Of a DNA stretch of 64,000 bases, positions 9,670 to 17,858 are shown piece after piece (the stretch's first letter is position 1; each line of letters begins with the position of its first letter). Origin of the DNA: Candidatus Woesearchaeota archaeon (GTDB lineage: Archaea; Nanobdellota; Nanobdellia; Woesearchaeales; ARS49). The stretch spans positions 24,615-88,614 of the forward strand of contig QZIM01000006.1 in the NCBI GenBank assembly GCA_003599055.1, read 5' to 3'. The translations under genes and the position numbers were made by a program. The notes below the pieces were generated by a model. It made no database searches and was not told where the DNA came from. It saw only the letters and a program-made list of their open reading frames with translations.

Positions 9670-9960
9670 CCAAAAAATAACTGCAAAAAATAGATTCTAA
9701 AGTGAATTTAAAAAAATAACTTATTTGAAAAATATTTTGAAACCTATCTTATTAAAAATAATTTTTATAAAAGAAATAAACAAAACTTGAGAAAAATAAA
9801 CCTTCAACAAAACTTAAAAAAATTTGAAAAATTCACGGAAAACCACTCAGAAACGACCCAGTAACGCATAAGTTCAACTGATAAAATCAGATAACACTGA
9901 CAGAAAAAATCCAAGAATTAAATTAAGTGAAAAAAGGAGAATTGACAAAAAAAAAGAAAC
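9670..9960. other. AT-rich non-coding tract (possible DNA-unwinding or bending element)
   Basis: No ORF; A-tracts and nearly G/C-free stretches such as 9696-9830, unlike the surrounding sequence. Confidence 0.7.
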
Positions 9961-10593
9961 CGAATCTGCTCCCACACCGTCACTACCACGAATCTCCCTC
10001 ACTCATCACGCTACGCGCACGCTGCGGCCAAAAAGAGGCACGAACTCGCGCAAAAAGAGAGGAAAACACTGCCCAAAAAAAATCCCCGCAAATCGACTAA
10101 AAAAGAGGTTTACGAAGATGACAGGAAAAATACCCGAATTTGCGCACGTGTGCAAGAGTTGCAAATGTTTGGCGCGGCACCTTGGGTTTAGGCGCGAAAC
10201 CCCCTGACCTTCAATGTCGGAAAAATGGGCGAAAGTCGGATGAAATTCCGTCTCCGACGGAGAAACAGCAGAAAGTGCCGGTTTTGAAAAACCCACCGGC
10301 AGAACCAGATGGCAAAAAGTGTCGGAACTTTTGGCGAATTCTAAGCCAGTTCAGCGAAAAAACAACAGTTGAAATGCTGTGCAACTCATCTTTACCAAAA
10401 AAGTGCGCCAGAATTGATTTAATGAAGAATTCGGCGTTTTTTGCGCGTTAAAATTTTGCTGAAAAAAATTAAGATAATAATTTGCTGTCAAAGATGAAAA
10501 AATGTTGCGTCGGCAAGACTGCGACACTGGACAGGCGTTATCGGAAAACTTTTAACCGCCGGCGCGATTCACTGACTTCAAAAGGTGACCGTA

Positions 10594-11136
10594 ATGGAAT
10601 TCCTCCTCGAACACGCAGAACCCATCAGCTCAGACGTCCACGAACTCTCCAAAGTACTCCTTGCACGATTCGGCCTTTTGCCGCGCAAAAAAGACGGCTC
10701 GGCAAAAATGCACACCCTCCTCCTCGAACTCAACGAGAGAAAAAAACGCGCAAACCGCGACCGCCAACCCGAAACCGCCGTCATGCCCGTCGAAGAAATG
10801 GCCCTTCACGCCGGCATCAAGCGACAAACCATGTACGACTACCTGCACCGCTGGCTCTCGCTTGGCATTTTGAAAAAAACAAGCTTTGTCAGCTCAGGAA
10901 AAGTCATCGTCGGCTACGAGCTCAACGGGCCCACCCTCGACGGAGCATTCCGCAAGGCAGAAAACGCGCTCAAAAACCACCTCGACTACAGCTTCAAAGT
11001 CCTCGAACAGTTGCAAAACGAAATCAAAAAAGAAAAATTGAGAGAAATCAGCAGCGCATCCAGCACGTCAGCGGAGCATCAAGGCCAAGCACGTTCTTCT
11101 TCGCCTGAACCTCCCGAAACACCGCATCAACCCTGA
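10594..11136 (+). CDS. Winged-helix DNA-binding protein 1
   Basis: MPVEEMALHAGIKRQTMYDYLHRWLSLGILKK HTH plus wing, C-terminal helix; AGGTGA RBS at 10583. Confidence 0.85.
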   Translation: MEFLLEHAEPISSDVHELSKVLLARFGLLPRKKDGSAKMHTLLLELNERKKRANRDRQPETAVMPVEEMALHAGIKRQTMYDYLHRWLSLGILKKTSFVSSGKVIVGYELNGPTLDGAFRKAENALKNHLDYSFKVLEQLQNEIKKEKLREISSASSTSAEHQGQARSSSPEPPETPHQP

Positions 11137-11590
11137 CAAAAACCGCATTCCCGTCGTGACGCTTCACCAGGGGAACACCCTTCTCAAGCATCGACCCGAT
11201 GGCCGCGCACACCTGCTCACGCGAGAGCAAGGATTTTCGCGCAACCTGCTCATACGACGCATACGGCTGGGTTTCCGTCAGACGATACAGAACGGAAAAC
11301 ACTTCCTTTTCCTTGCCCGAAAGCGGCTGCACGCAAAATTCCGGCTGCGCCTTTTGGCCCTTGACGAGCAACGTCAACTCGTCGAGCCGCTCGGCAAGCG
11401 CGTCCAGGCGACGGTTTACCGCGCCCAGCATCTCGTACGTTTGCGCCTGCTCCTGCGTATTCTCGTTAATTGCGAGCCGGTGGTCTTCAAGCTCACCCTG
11501 CACGCACTCGAGCACCTGCACGAGCTTGTGGCGTATCACGGACACATCACCCGATAGCAATAGCTGCTCTTGGTTCTGAATGCAAATCAC
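11048..11590 (-). CDS. Coiled-coil + winged-helix protein 2
   Basis: N-terminal coiled coil (ELEDHRLAINENT...RLDELTL); C-terminal LSGKEKEVFSVL...SYEQVARKSLLSREQV...MLEKGVPL wHTH. Confidence 0.8.
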   Translation of the reverse strand: MICIQNQEQLLLSGDVSVIRHKLVQVLECVQGELEDHRLAINENTQEQAQTYEMLGAVNRRLDALAERLDELTLLVKGQKAQPEFCVQPLSGKEKEVFSVLYRLTETQPYASYEQVARKSLLSREQVCAAIGSMLEKGVPLVKRHDGNAVFVRVDAVFREVQAKKNVLGLDAPLTCWMRC

Positions 11591-11772
11591 CCCGATTTAC
11601 AACGATGGAAAACAGGAGAGGGGCACTGGTTTAAATGGGTTTGGGTGTGGAAAAAAATAATGTCGGCGATTTTTTCGACGATAAAAAAGCGCACGCGGCG
11701 TCAGAAAAACGCGCCAAAAAACGGCAAGAAATGCGCCAAAAAATCGCGAAAAAAAATTCAAAAAAACAACGG

Positions 11773-12483
11773 TTATGCGTGCCTTTCGTGCTTCGCACTC
11801 GCCACATAAATCGTGTGCTTGCCATCGGAGACTACCTGCAGCAGATGTTCCCGCTCCATCTCTTCCAGAATGCGGTAAAAGCTCGACTTGCTGCACAGGC
11901 CCTGCTCCTCGACGATAATCTCGCGCATCTGGAGCGCGCCGATACGGCCGTATTTGTGCACAAGCGAGAGCGCCAAATTCTTGATGTACTCCTTGCTGTT
12001 TCGCGCAAGCTTGCGCGCAAGCTTTTCCTTGATTGCCGCACGGGACTCTTCCCTCGAAGAAACCGGCACTTCCTTTCGCTCACTTTCAGCGCTGGCGCTA
12101 GGATGCTTCTCGACTAAAGGGTGGCCGAGTACGTGCGCGCGCTGCTGGCTGCGCAGCTCCACCGCGTCGATTTTTTGCTCAATGTGCCGGATGCGCTGCA
12201 AAATCGGCTCCACATTGTAGTGCGCATCGACGAGCTGGCGAATCTCGCCCGCCGTCTTCGGCACGTGCTGGAGCGCAACACGCAACTCGTGCAACGAGAG
12301 CTTTTGCTCGTCAACAAGACGGCGCAGGACGCTGTTGTGCTCCTGCAACTGCTGATTTTGCTGGTGCAAATACGCAACCCACTGGTACAGCGCATCCGTG
12401 TCCTTCTTGACCTTTGAAAACGACTGCGAAACGGACTCATCCATTTCCTGAATTTGCTTCCCGTACCCAAATAAGTCGAACAT
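11773..12483 (-). CDS. Coiled-coil + winged-helix protein 3
   Basis: Start MFDLFG at 12483 with TTTAAA box ~25 nt upstream; coiled coil; C-terminal GLCSKSSFYRILEEMEREHLL...GKHTIY wHTH. Confidence 0.85.
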   Translation of the reverse strand: MFDLFGYGKQIQEMDESVSQSFSKVKKDTDALYQWVAYLHQQNQQLQEHNSVLRRLVDEQKLSLHELRVALQHVPKTAGEIRQLVDAHYNVEPILQRIRHIEQKIDAVELRSQQRAHVLGHPLVEKHPSASAESERKEVPVSSREESRAAIKEKLARKLARNSKEYIKNLALSLVHKYGRIGALQMREIIVEEQGLCSKSSFYRILEEMEREHLLQVVSDGKHTIYVASAKHERHA

Positions 12484-12523
12484 ACCCCGAGGAAACGCGC
12501 AGTCCTTTAAATATTTTTTGCCA

Positions 12524-12850
12524 GACCGTCCCAGGACCGTCTCAGGACAGTCTCTGGGACCGGACCGTCCCACGACGTTAATCGCCTTAAACGGAGAAAA
12601 AATACGCACGAAACAGTCTCAAGACCGTCCCAATAAGACCAATAGTCCCGAAAAAAGACCATCCCAAAGATAGTCCCAGAGACAGTCCCAAGCCAATTTA
12701 TCGACGATAAACTGAATTGAGACCAATTTGGGACTGTCCGAACCAGTCTTAAGACCGTCCTGCGACTGTTTTGCGACATTCCCAGGACCGTCCCACGCAA
12801 AATTATCGACGATAAACCATTGGGACCGAGACAATCCTGAGACTATCGCA
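12524..12850. repeat. Iteron-like array of 10-bp boxes, consensus GAC(C/A)GTC(C/T)CA
   Basis: Copies at 12524, 12535, 12546, 12563, 12612, 12623, 12641, 12657, 12669, 12681, 12729 (inverted), 12753, 12775, 12786, 12838 (inverted); often 11-12 bp periodic. Confidence 0.9.
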
Positions 12851-13027
12851 AGACTTCCGGCGAAAAAAAGAGCCCGACCCAAAGGAGCAACCTCAAAAAA
12901 AGTTCGCACAAAAAGACTAGTCAAATAAAAAACCCCCCCCCCCGCCAAAAAAAACACCAAGAAGACCCAAAAGAAGCCCAAGAACGGCCATTGGCAAAAG
13001 CAGCAAACGCAAGGCACAAATTCCCAA

Positions 13028-13760
13028 CTGGTGCCTAAAAAGAGCCGGAAAAAAGGCAGCACCCTGCAACCCCCGCAACCTGCAAAGCCAACCAGTGAAC
13101 ACGAATAAACGACCCACCAGGCTCAAAACACCAAAAACCAACTTTATTCGTAAAAAGTGAGAGTTCATTTGAGCAAAAAAAGAGCCACCGCGACCATTTT
13201 AGGCACCTGAAAAACGGAAAGCATAAAAGCACTTGCCCCCTTATGCACTTTATGACAACCAAAGGGGACGAAAAACACCACATTTGTTCAGAAAAAGTGA
13301 GAACTCGCTTGTACCGCCCAGAGGCAGAATCAGGAAGAACCATTGCGCTCACGAACGAACAAATTAGGCACCTGAAAGTACTTCGCACTGAAAAACACCA
13401 CCACGTCCACGTGTTTGACGGCAAAGGACACGAATACTGCGCCACGCCTTCGGAAAAAGTGAGAGACGCAATTGAAGTTGGGCACTATGTGAAAACTGCA
13501 ACTGAGCCCCCCATTACAATCACACTTGCAACCGCGGCACCCAAGGGAAACAGAATGGACACGCTCGTTGAAAAAGTGAGTGAACTTGGCGTGAAAAAAC
13601 TAGTGCCTATTATTTTTGCGCGAAGCGTGGTCGAGCCGGGCGCGAGCAAAATCGAGCGCCTCCAACGCATTGCCATCGAAGCCTGCGCACAAAGCAACAG
13701 AACCATTGTTCCGGAAATCACCGCCCCAACAGCATTTACCGCCTTACTCGAAAAAGTGAG
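13028..13760. repeat. Right cluster of AAAAGTGAG and TAGGCAC boxes, extending into rsmE
   Basis: AAAAGTGAG at 13153, 13293, 13455, 13572, 13752; TTAGGCACCTGAAA at 13199 and 13364; inverted TAGGCAC at 13028-13040 and 13601. Confidence 0.75.
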
Positions 13761-13995
13761 AGAAGCCAAAACCGCCCTTGTTTGCCATAAGAGCGGACAA
13801 GCACTTGATAAAATAGCCATTACAAACACAAGCGACGTACTTGTCATCATCGGCCCCGAAGGAGACTTCACCCCTGAAGAACTCGCCAACCTTGAAAAAG
13901 CAGGCTGCAAAAAAGTGCGGCTTGCCCCATCAACCTTACGCGTGGAAACCGCCGCAATCACCGCACTCGCCCAGCTCGCAAGCAAACATTTATAA
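13297..13995 (+). CDS. rsmE: 16S rRNA m3U1498 methyltransferase RsmE
   Basis: HLKVLR, VFDGKG, KGNRMDTLVEKVSELGV, EACAQSNRT, IIGPEGDFT, LRVETAA motifs; GTG start at 13297 inferred. Confidence 0.92.
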   Translation: MRTRLYRPEAESGRTIALTNEQIRHLKVLRTEKHHHVHVFDGKGHEYCATPSEKVRDAIEVGHYVKTATEPPITITLATAAPKGNRMDTLVEKVSELGVKKLVPIIFARSVVEPGASKIERLQRIAIEACAQSNRTIVPEITAPTAFTALLEKVREAKTALVCHKSGQALDKIAITNTSDVLVIIGPEGDFTPEELANLEKAGCKKVRLAPSTLRVETAAITALAQLASKHL

Positions 13996-14018
13996 ACCCC
14001 CTGAATCGGAAGCCGCCT

Positions 14019-14291
14019 ATGGACATCCACATCATCGAGGAAAAAAAGAACAAAATCGTCTTCGAACTCAAAGGCGAAGGCCACACGCTCAGCAACGCAG
14101 TCCGCAAAGAACTCTCCAATGACGAACACGTCAAAGGAGCAGCATACACGATTGAACACCCCCTTATCGAAGTTCCCCGCTTTATCGTCGAAACAGACGG
14201 CGCAGAACCGCGCAAAGTCCTTGCAGCCGCAGCAAAACGCGTTGCCAAAGACGCCGAAAAAATTAAATCCGAAGCAAAAGAACTCAAGTAA
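14019..14291 (+). CDS. rpoL: RNA polymerase subunit L (Rpo11)
   Basis: GEGHTLSNAVRKEL...AAYTIEHPL; TTTATAAA box at 13989. Confidence 0.95.
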   Translation: MDIHIIEEKKNKIVFELKGEGHTLSNAVRKELSNDEHVKGAAYTIEHPLIEVPRFIVETDGAEPRKVLAAAAKRVAKDAEKIKSEAKELK

Positions 14292-14558
14292 ATGGCTTCT
14301 TCCCTTGACGGAATCGTCAGCGACATCCAAACAAAACGCGAATCAGGGGCGCGCATTGACTATATCACCATTGCACTCTCGCGAACCAGCATCGATGAAC
14401 CACCCCGCGACATCACCGTCAAAATACCCCACGATGAAAACCCCTTTCTTTTTGGCGACTACCTCCGCATCACAAGCGAAAAACCACTCTCTCTTCTTCG
14501 CGTAACTCCCGAAGGCAAAACCCTCGAACACTACCATTCAGACCGCGACGTTGCGTAA
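14292..14558 (+). CDS. Hypothetical protein
   Basis: Abuts the rpoL stop; 88 aa with plus-strand codon bias. Confidence 0.65.
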   Translation: MASSLDGIVSDIQTKRESGARIDYITIALSRTSIDEPPRDITVKIPHDENPFLFGDYLRITSEKPLSLLRVTPEGKTLEHYHSDRDVA

Positions 14559-14597
14559 AACAGAATCCTTAAAAGGCAGAACCATAGTGCCTATGCT

Positions 14598-15098
14598 ATG
14601 TTCGTCCGCGTCAAAAACATCAAAGGCAAGCAGTATGCGTACTTGGTCGAAAACGAATGGACCCCGTGGGGCTCACGACAACGCGTCACCAAATACCTCG
14701 GCAAAACACAACCGCTCACCCGTTATACTGACACGGACACCCAACTCCCGCGCGGATACCAAGAAAGCGTCCGCGCACTCATCATCCAAGAACTCAAAAA
14801 CCACGGCTTTTTGCACGAAGGAGACCTGCTGAAGAACGACGCGATTTGCGTCCACCTCACCAACAAGACCGTCCGCGCGGGAACAAAAAACATCACCCTG
14901 CAACTCAACGAAGGGTTCCTTTGCGACCACACCCTCGGACAGCTCCTTCACTTTGCGCCAACAGACCGCCCCGACACCACTGCCAAAAAACTCGCAAGCC
15001 ACGCCCTTGAAGCAGGCCTCAAACTTCGCGAAGAACACTTCGTCCACCTCTTCGAACAGGCAAAAACTATTAAAAAAGAGCCGAGCGGAGGCAGCTGA
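14598..15098 (+). CDS. Hypothetical protein with IS1634-like N-terminal motif
   Basis: MFVRVKNIKGKQYAYLVENEW...RQRVTKYLG; TGATG coupling with uppS. Confidence 0.75.
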   Translation: MFVRVKNIKGKQYAYLVENEWTPWGSRQRVTKYLGKTQPLTRYTDTDTQLPRGYQESVRALIIQELKNHGFLHEGDLLKNDAICVHLTNKTVRAGTKNITLQLNEGFLCDHTLGQLLHFAPTDRPDTTAKKLASHALEAGLKLREEHFVHLFEQAKTIKKEPSGGS

Positions 15099-15796
15099 TG
15101 CGCGTCCCAAAACACATCGGCATCATCTTAGACGGCAACCGCCGCTTTGCCAAACGCCTTATGCTCAAACCCTGGAAAGGCCACGAATGGGGCGCGGACA
15201 AATTCAAAAAATTCGTCACCTGGTGCGAAGAGCTCGGCATTGAAGAAATTACCGCGTACTGTTTTTCTATTCAGAACTTCAACCGCCCAAAAGAAGAATT
15301 CGACTACATTATGAATGTCTTCACCAAAGAGCTTGAAGACCTCACCACCCCGCAAAAACTCGCAGAATTACGCGAACACGGAATCCAATACCGCATTATC
15401 GGACGACTGCATCTTCTGTCGCCGCACCTACAGGAACTGTGCAAAAAATTAACGGATTCCACCAAAAACAACAGCCCGCGCCGCATCAACCTCGCATTTG
15501 CCTACGGCGGCCGCGAAGAAATCATTGACGCGGTGCAAAAAATTGCCGATGAAGCGCGCGCAGGCAAAATTGAACACATCACCGAAGACACCATCAAAGA
15601 ACACCTGTGGCTCCAATCAGAACCCGACCTGATAATCCGAACCGGCGGAGAACAGCGCACCTCCAACTTTCTCCCCTGGCAAAGCACGTACAGCGAACTT
15701 ATCTTCATTGAAAAATTCTGGCCGGAATTTGAGAAAGAAGACTTGGTTGCGTGCGTAAACGAGTACGGAGAACGAGAACGACGGTTTGGGAAGTAA
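15098..15796 (+). CDS. uppS: cis-isoprenyl diphosphate synthase
   Basis: PKHIGIILDGNRRFA, FSIQNFNRP, YGGREEI, PDLIIRTGGEQRTSNFLPWQ, RRFG. Confidence 0.97.
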   Translation: MRVPKHIGIILDGNRRFAKRLMLKPWKGHEWGADKFKKFVTWCEELGIEEITAYCFSIQNFNRPKEEFDYIMNVFTKELEDLTTPQKLAELREHGIQYRIIGRLHLLSPHLQELCKKLTDSTKNNSPRRINLAFAYGGREEIIDAVQKIADEARAGKIEHITEDTIKEHLWLQSEPDLIIRTGGEQRTSNFLPWQSTYSELIFIEKFWPEFEKEDLVACVNEYGERERRFGK

Positions 15797-15839
15797 CCCA
15801 CCAAAAACTTTATAAACCCCCTCTCGCGGGGGCAGAATA

Positions 15840-15871
15840 TCCCGCAAACTGTACCACCTCGGTGGGAGGGA
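15840..15871 (+). promoter_or_regulatory. Putative L1-binding translational autoregulatory leader
   Basis: UCCC-GCAAACUGUA-CCAC-CUCG-GUGG-GA-GGGA covers the SD; TTTATAAA at 15809. Confidence 0.55.
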
Positions 15872-15875
15872 AACA

Positions 15876-16616
15876 ATGAACAAAAAAACATTCACCCAAG
15901 CAGCAGACGCATTAAAAGCACTGCCACCGCGCAAGTTCAAGCAAACATTCGAATTCATCATTAACCTGCGCGACCTTGACCTCAAAAAGCCCGAACACCA
16001 GGTTGAACAATGGGTCCAACTGCCAAGCGGCAAAGGAATCCCGGTCAAAATCGGCGCGCTCGTCGGCCCCGAACTTGCAGAACAGGCAAAGGCCGCCTGC
16101 GACACCGTCATTGTCCACGACGACTTCTCCACATTCGCAAACGACAAAAAAGCAATCAAAAAACTCGCCGCAACCCACGACTACTTCATCGCACAGGCAA
16201 ACCTTATGGCAGATGTTGCTAAAACGTTTGGCCGATACTTCGGACCACGCGGCAAAATGCCAAACCCAAAAGCAGGATGCGTCGTCCCGCCCAATGCAAA
16301 CCTCAAAGTTCTTGCGGAAAAACTCCGCAAAACCGTCAAGGCAACCGCAAAAATGCAGCCATCGGTTAAAGTTGTCGTCGGCACACAGGACACTCCCTCG
16401 GACCAGGTCGCAGACAATATGCTTGCCGTTTACAGTTCTGTCATTCCCAAACTTCCCGGCGAAACCGCAAACATTCGCTCCGTTCTGCTCAAGCTCAGTA
16501 TGAGCCCACCGGTCAAAATCCTTGCGGACAGCATTGTTGCACCGAAAGCAGCGGCAACCGAACCACCTGCTGAAAAGAAACCAAGCAAGAAAAAAAGTGA
16601 CGGAGGTGCCCAATGA
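15876..16616 (+). CDS. rpl1: 50S ribosomal protein uL1
   Basis: RKFKQTFEFIINLRDLDLKKP, FGPRGKMPNP. Confidence 0.97.
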   Translation: MNKKTFTQAADALKALPPRKFKQTFEFIINLRDLDLKKPEHQVEQWVQLPSGKGIPVKIGALVGPELAEQAKAACDTVIVHDDFSTFANDKKAIKKLAATHDYFIAQANLMADVAKTFGRYFGPRGKMPNPKAGCVVPPNANLKVLAEKLRKTVKATAKMQPSVKVVVGTQDTPSDQVADNMLAVYSSVIPKLPGETANIRSVLLKLSMSPPVKILADSIVAPKAAATEPPAEKKPSKKKSDGGAQ

Positions 16617-17485
16617 GCGATAACGAAAAAACCTCCAAGGCAGCCCCCGAAAAGAAAGAAATCGTCGCCCACATCCAAAAATTGGGCAAAGAATACCCCA
16701 TCATCGCCGTCATCAACATGGAGAACCTGCCCGCAAGCGCACTCCTCCAGATGAAAAAACAGCTCCGCGGAAAAGTCGAACTCGTCATGACGAGAAAAAC
16801 ACTCATCACGCGCGGACTTGAACAGCTCAAGCTGCCAAAAGGCGAAGAACTTATCGCAAAAGTTCAGGGAATGCCCGCACTCATGTTCACCAAGGACAAC
16901 CCATTCGCACTCTACCGCACCATCAAGAAAAGCAAGACCCCCGCGCCGGCAAAAGCAGGACAGCTCGCCCCGCGCGACCTTGTAATTCCGAAAGGACCCA
17001 CCCCGTTCACCCCCGGTCCCGTCATCTCCGAATTCGCACAACTCGGCATCAAAGCAGGAGTCGAAGGCGGCAAAGTCGCGGTCAAAGAAGACACCACTGT
17101 CGTTCGCGAAGGACAACCCATCTCCGACAAGCTTGCAAGCATGCTTACCCGCCTTGGCATCACCCCAATGGAAATCGGGCTCGACCTTGTCTGCGCCTAC
17201 GAGAAAGGAATCATCTACGGCAGGTCAGTCCTTGACGTTGACGAAACCAAGTTCGCCGCAGACCTTGCACTCGCCGCAAGCGGCGCATTCAACCTTGCGT
17301 GCGACCTTGGCTGGGCAACCGCGGACACCATTGAAACACTCATCGGAAAAGCATTCCGCGAGGCAAAACAAGTCTCGCTTGACGGCGGCATCATAACGCC
17401 CGAACTCGCCGAAGAAGTGCTTGCCAAAGCGTTCCGCGAAGCAAGCGCAGTCGCAGAAGAAAGTAACATTCAAACCAACAATTGA
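16613..17485 (+). CDS. rpl10: 50S ribosomal protein uL10 (P0)
   Basis: [12 protein letters not shown]...[19 protein letters not shown]. Confidence 0.97.
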   Translation: MSDNEKTSKAAPEKKEIVAHIQKLGKEYPIIAVINMENLPASALLQMKKQLRGKVELVMTRKTLITRGLEQLKLPKGEELIAKVQGMPALMFTKDNPFALYRTIKKSKTPAPAKAGQLAPRDLVIPKGPTPFTPGPVISEFAQLGIKAGVEGGKVAVKEDTTVVREGQPISDKLASMLTRLGITPMEIGLDLVCAYEKGIIYGRSVLDVDETKFAADLALAASGAFNLACDLGWATADTIETLIGKAFREAKQVSLDGGIITPELAEEVLAKAFREASAVAEESNIQTNN

Positions 17486-17504
17486 TACTTACGGAGGTAA
17501 GACT

Positions 17505-17819
17505 ATGGAATACATCTATGCCGCACTGGTCATCCACAAGGCCGGCAAGAAAGTCGATGAGGCAACCCTCAAAAAGGTCCTCGAAGCAGCAGGCGTCAGC
17601 GCAGATGATGCACGCGTCAAGGCAACCGTCGCAGCGCTCGAAGGCGTCAACATCGACGAAGCCATGAAGAAAGCAGCAGCTGCACCCGTCGCAGTCGCAG
17701 CAGCACCGGCAGCAGCCGCAGGCGGCGAGAAGAAGGAAGAGAAGAAAGGCAAATCGGCAGCGGAAGAGAAGAAATCCGAAGAAGAAGCAGCCGCAGGCCT
17801 TAGCGCACTCTTTGGCTAA
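17505..17819 (+). CDS. rpl12: Ribosomal stalk protein P1/L12
   Basis: MEYIYAAL...[22 protein letters not shown]. Confidence 0.97.
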   Translation: MEYIYAALVIHKAGKKVDEATLKKVLEAAGVSADDARVKATVAALEGVNIDEAMKKAAAAPVAVAAAPAAAAGGEKKEEKKGKSAAEEKKSEEEAAAGLSALFG

Positions 17820-17858
17820 ACATTTTTTTCCCTTTTATTATGCCGAGGCGTGAGCCCC

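Noticed and set aside
9334..10451. ORFs 9334-9636, 9340-9624, 10006-10296, 10140-10451 as genes
   Set aside because: Low-complexity translations driven by homopolymers and skew; no RBS or recognisable motifs.
12524..12850. CRISPR array
   Set aside because: Units are 10 bp, degenerate, in both orientations and lack unique 30-40 bp spacers; no cas genes in the window.
13230..13270. Canonical ORB element (AACCAAAGGGG G-string; also the C11 run near 12933)
   Set aside because: Lacks the TCCA...GAAAC core, and no orc1/cdc6 is in the window.
12507..13445. ORFs 12507-12800, 12619-13062, 12917-13168, 13035-13445 and the N-terminal extension of 11773-12609
   Set aside because: Translations simply read out the repeat array and A/C tracts; a TATA box supports the start at 12483.
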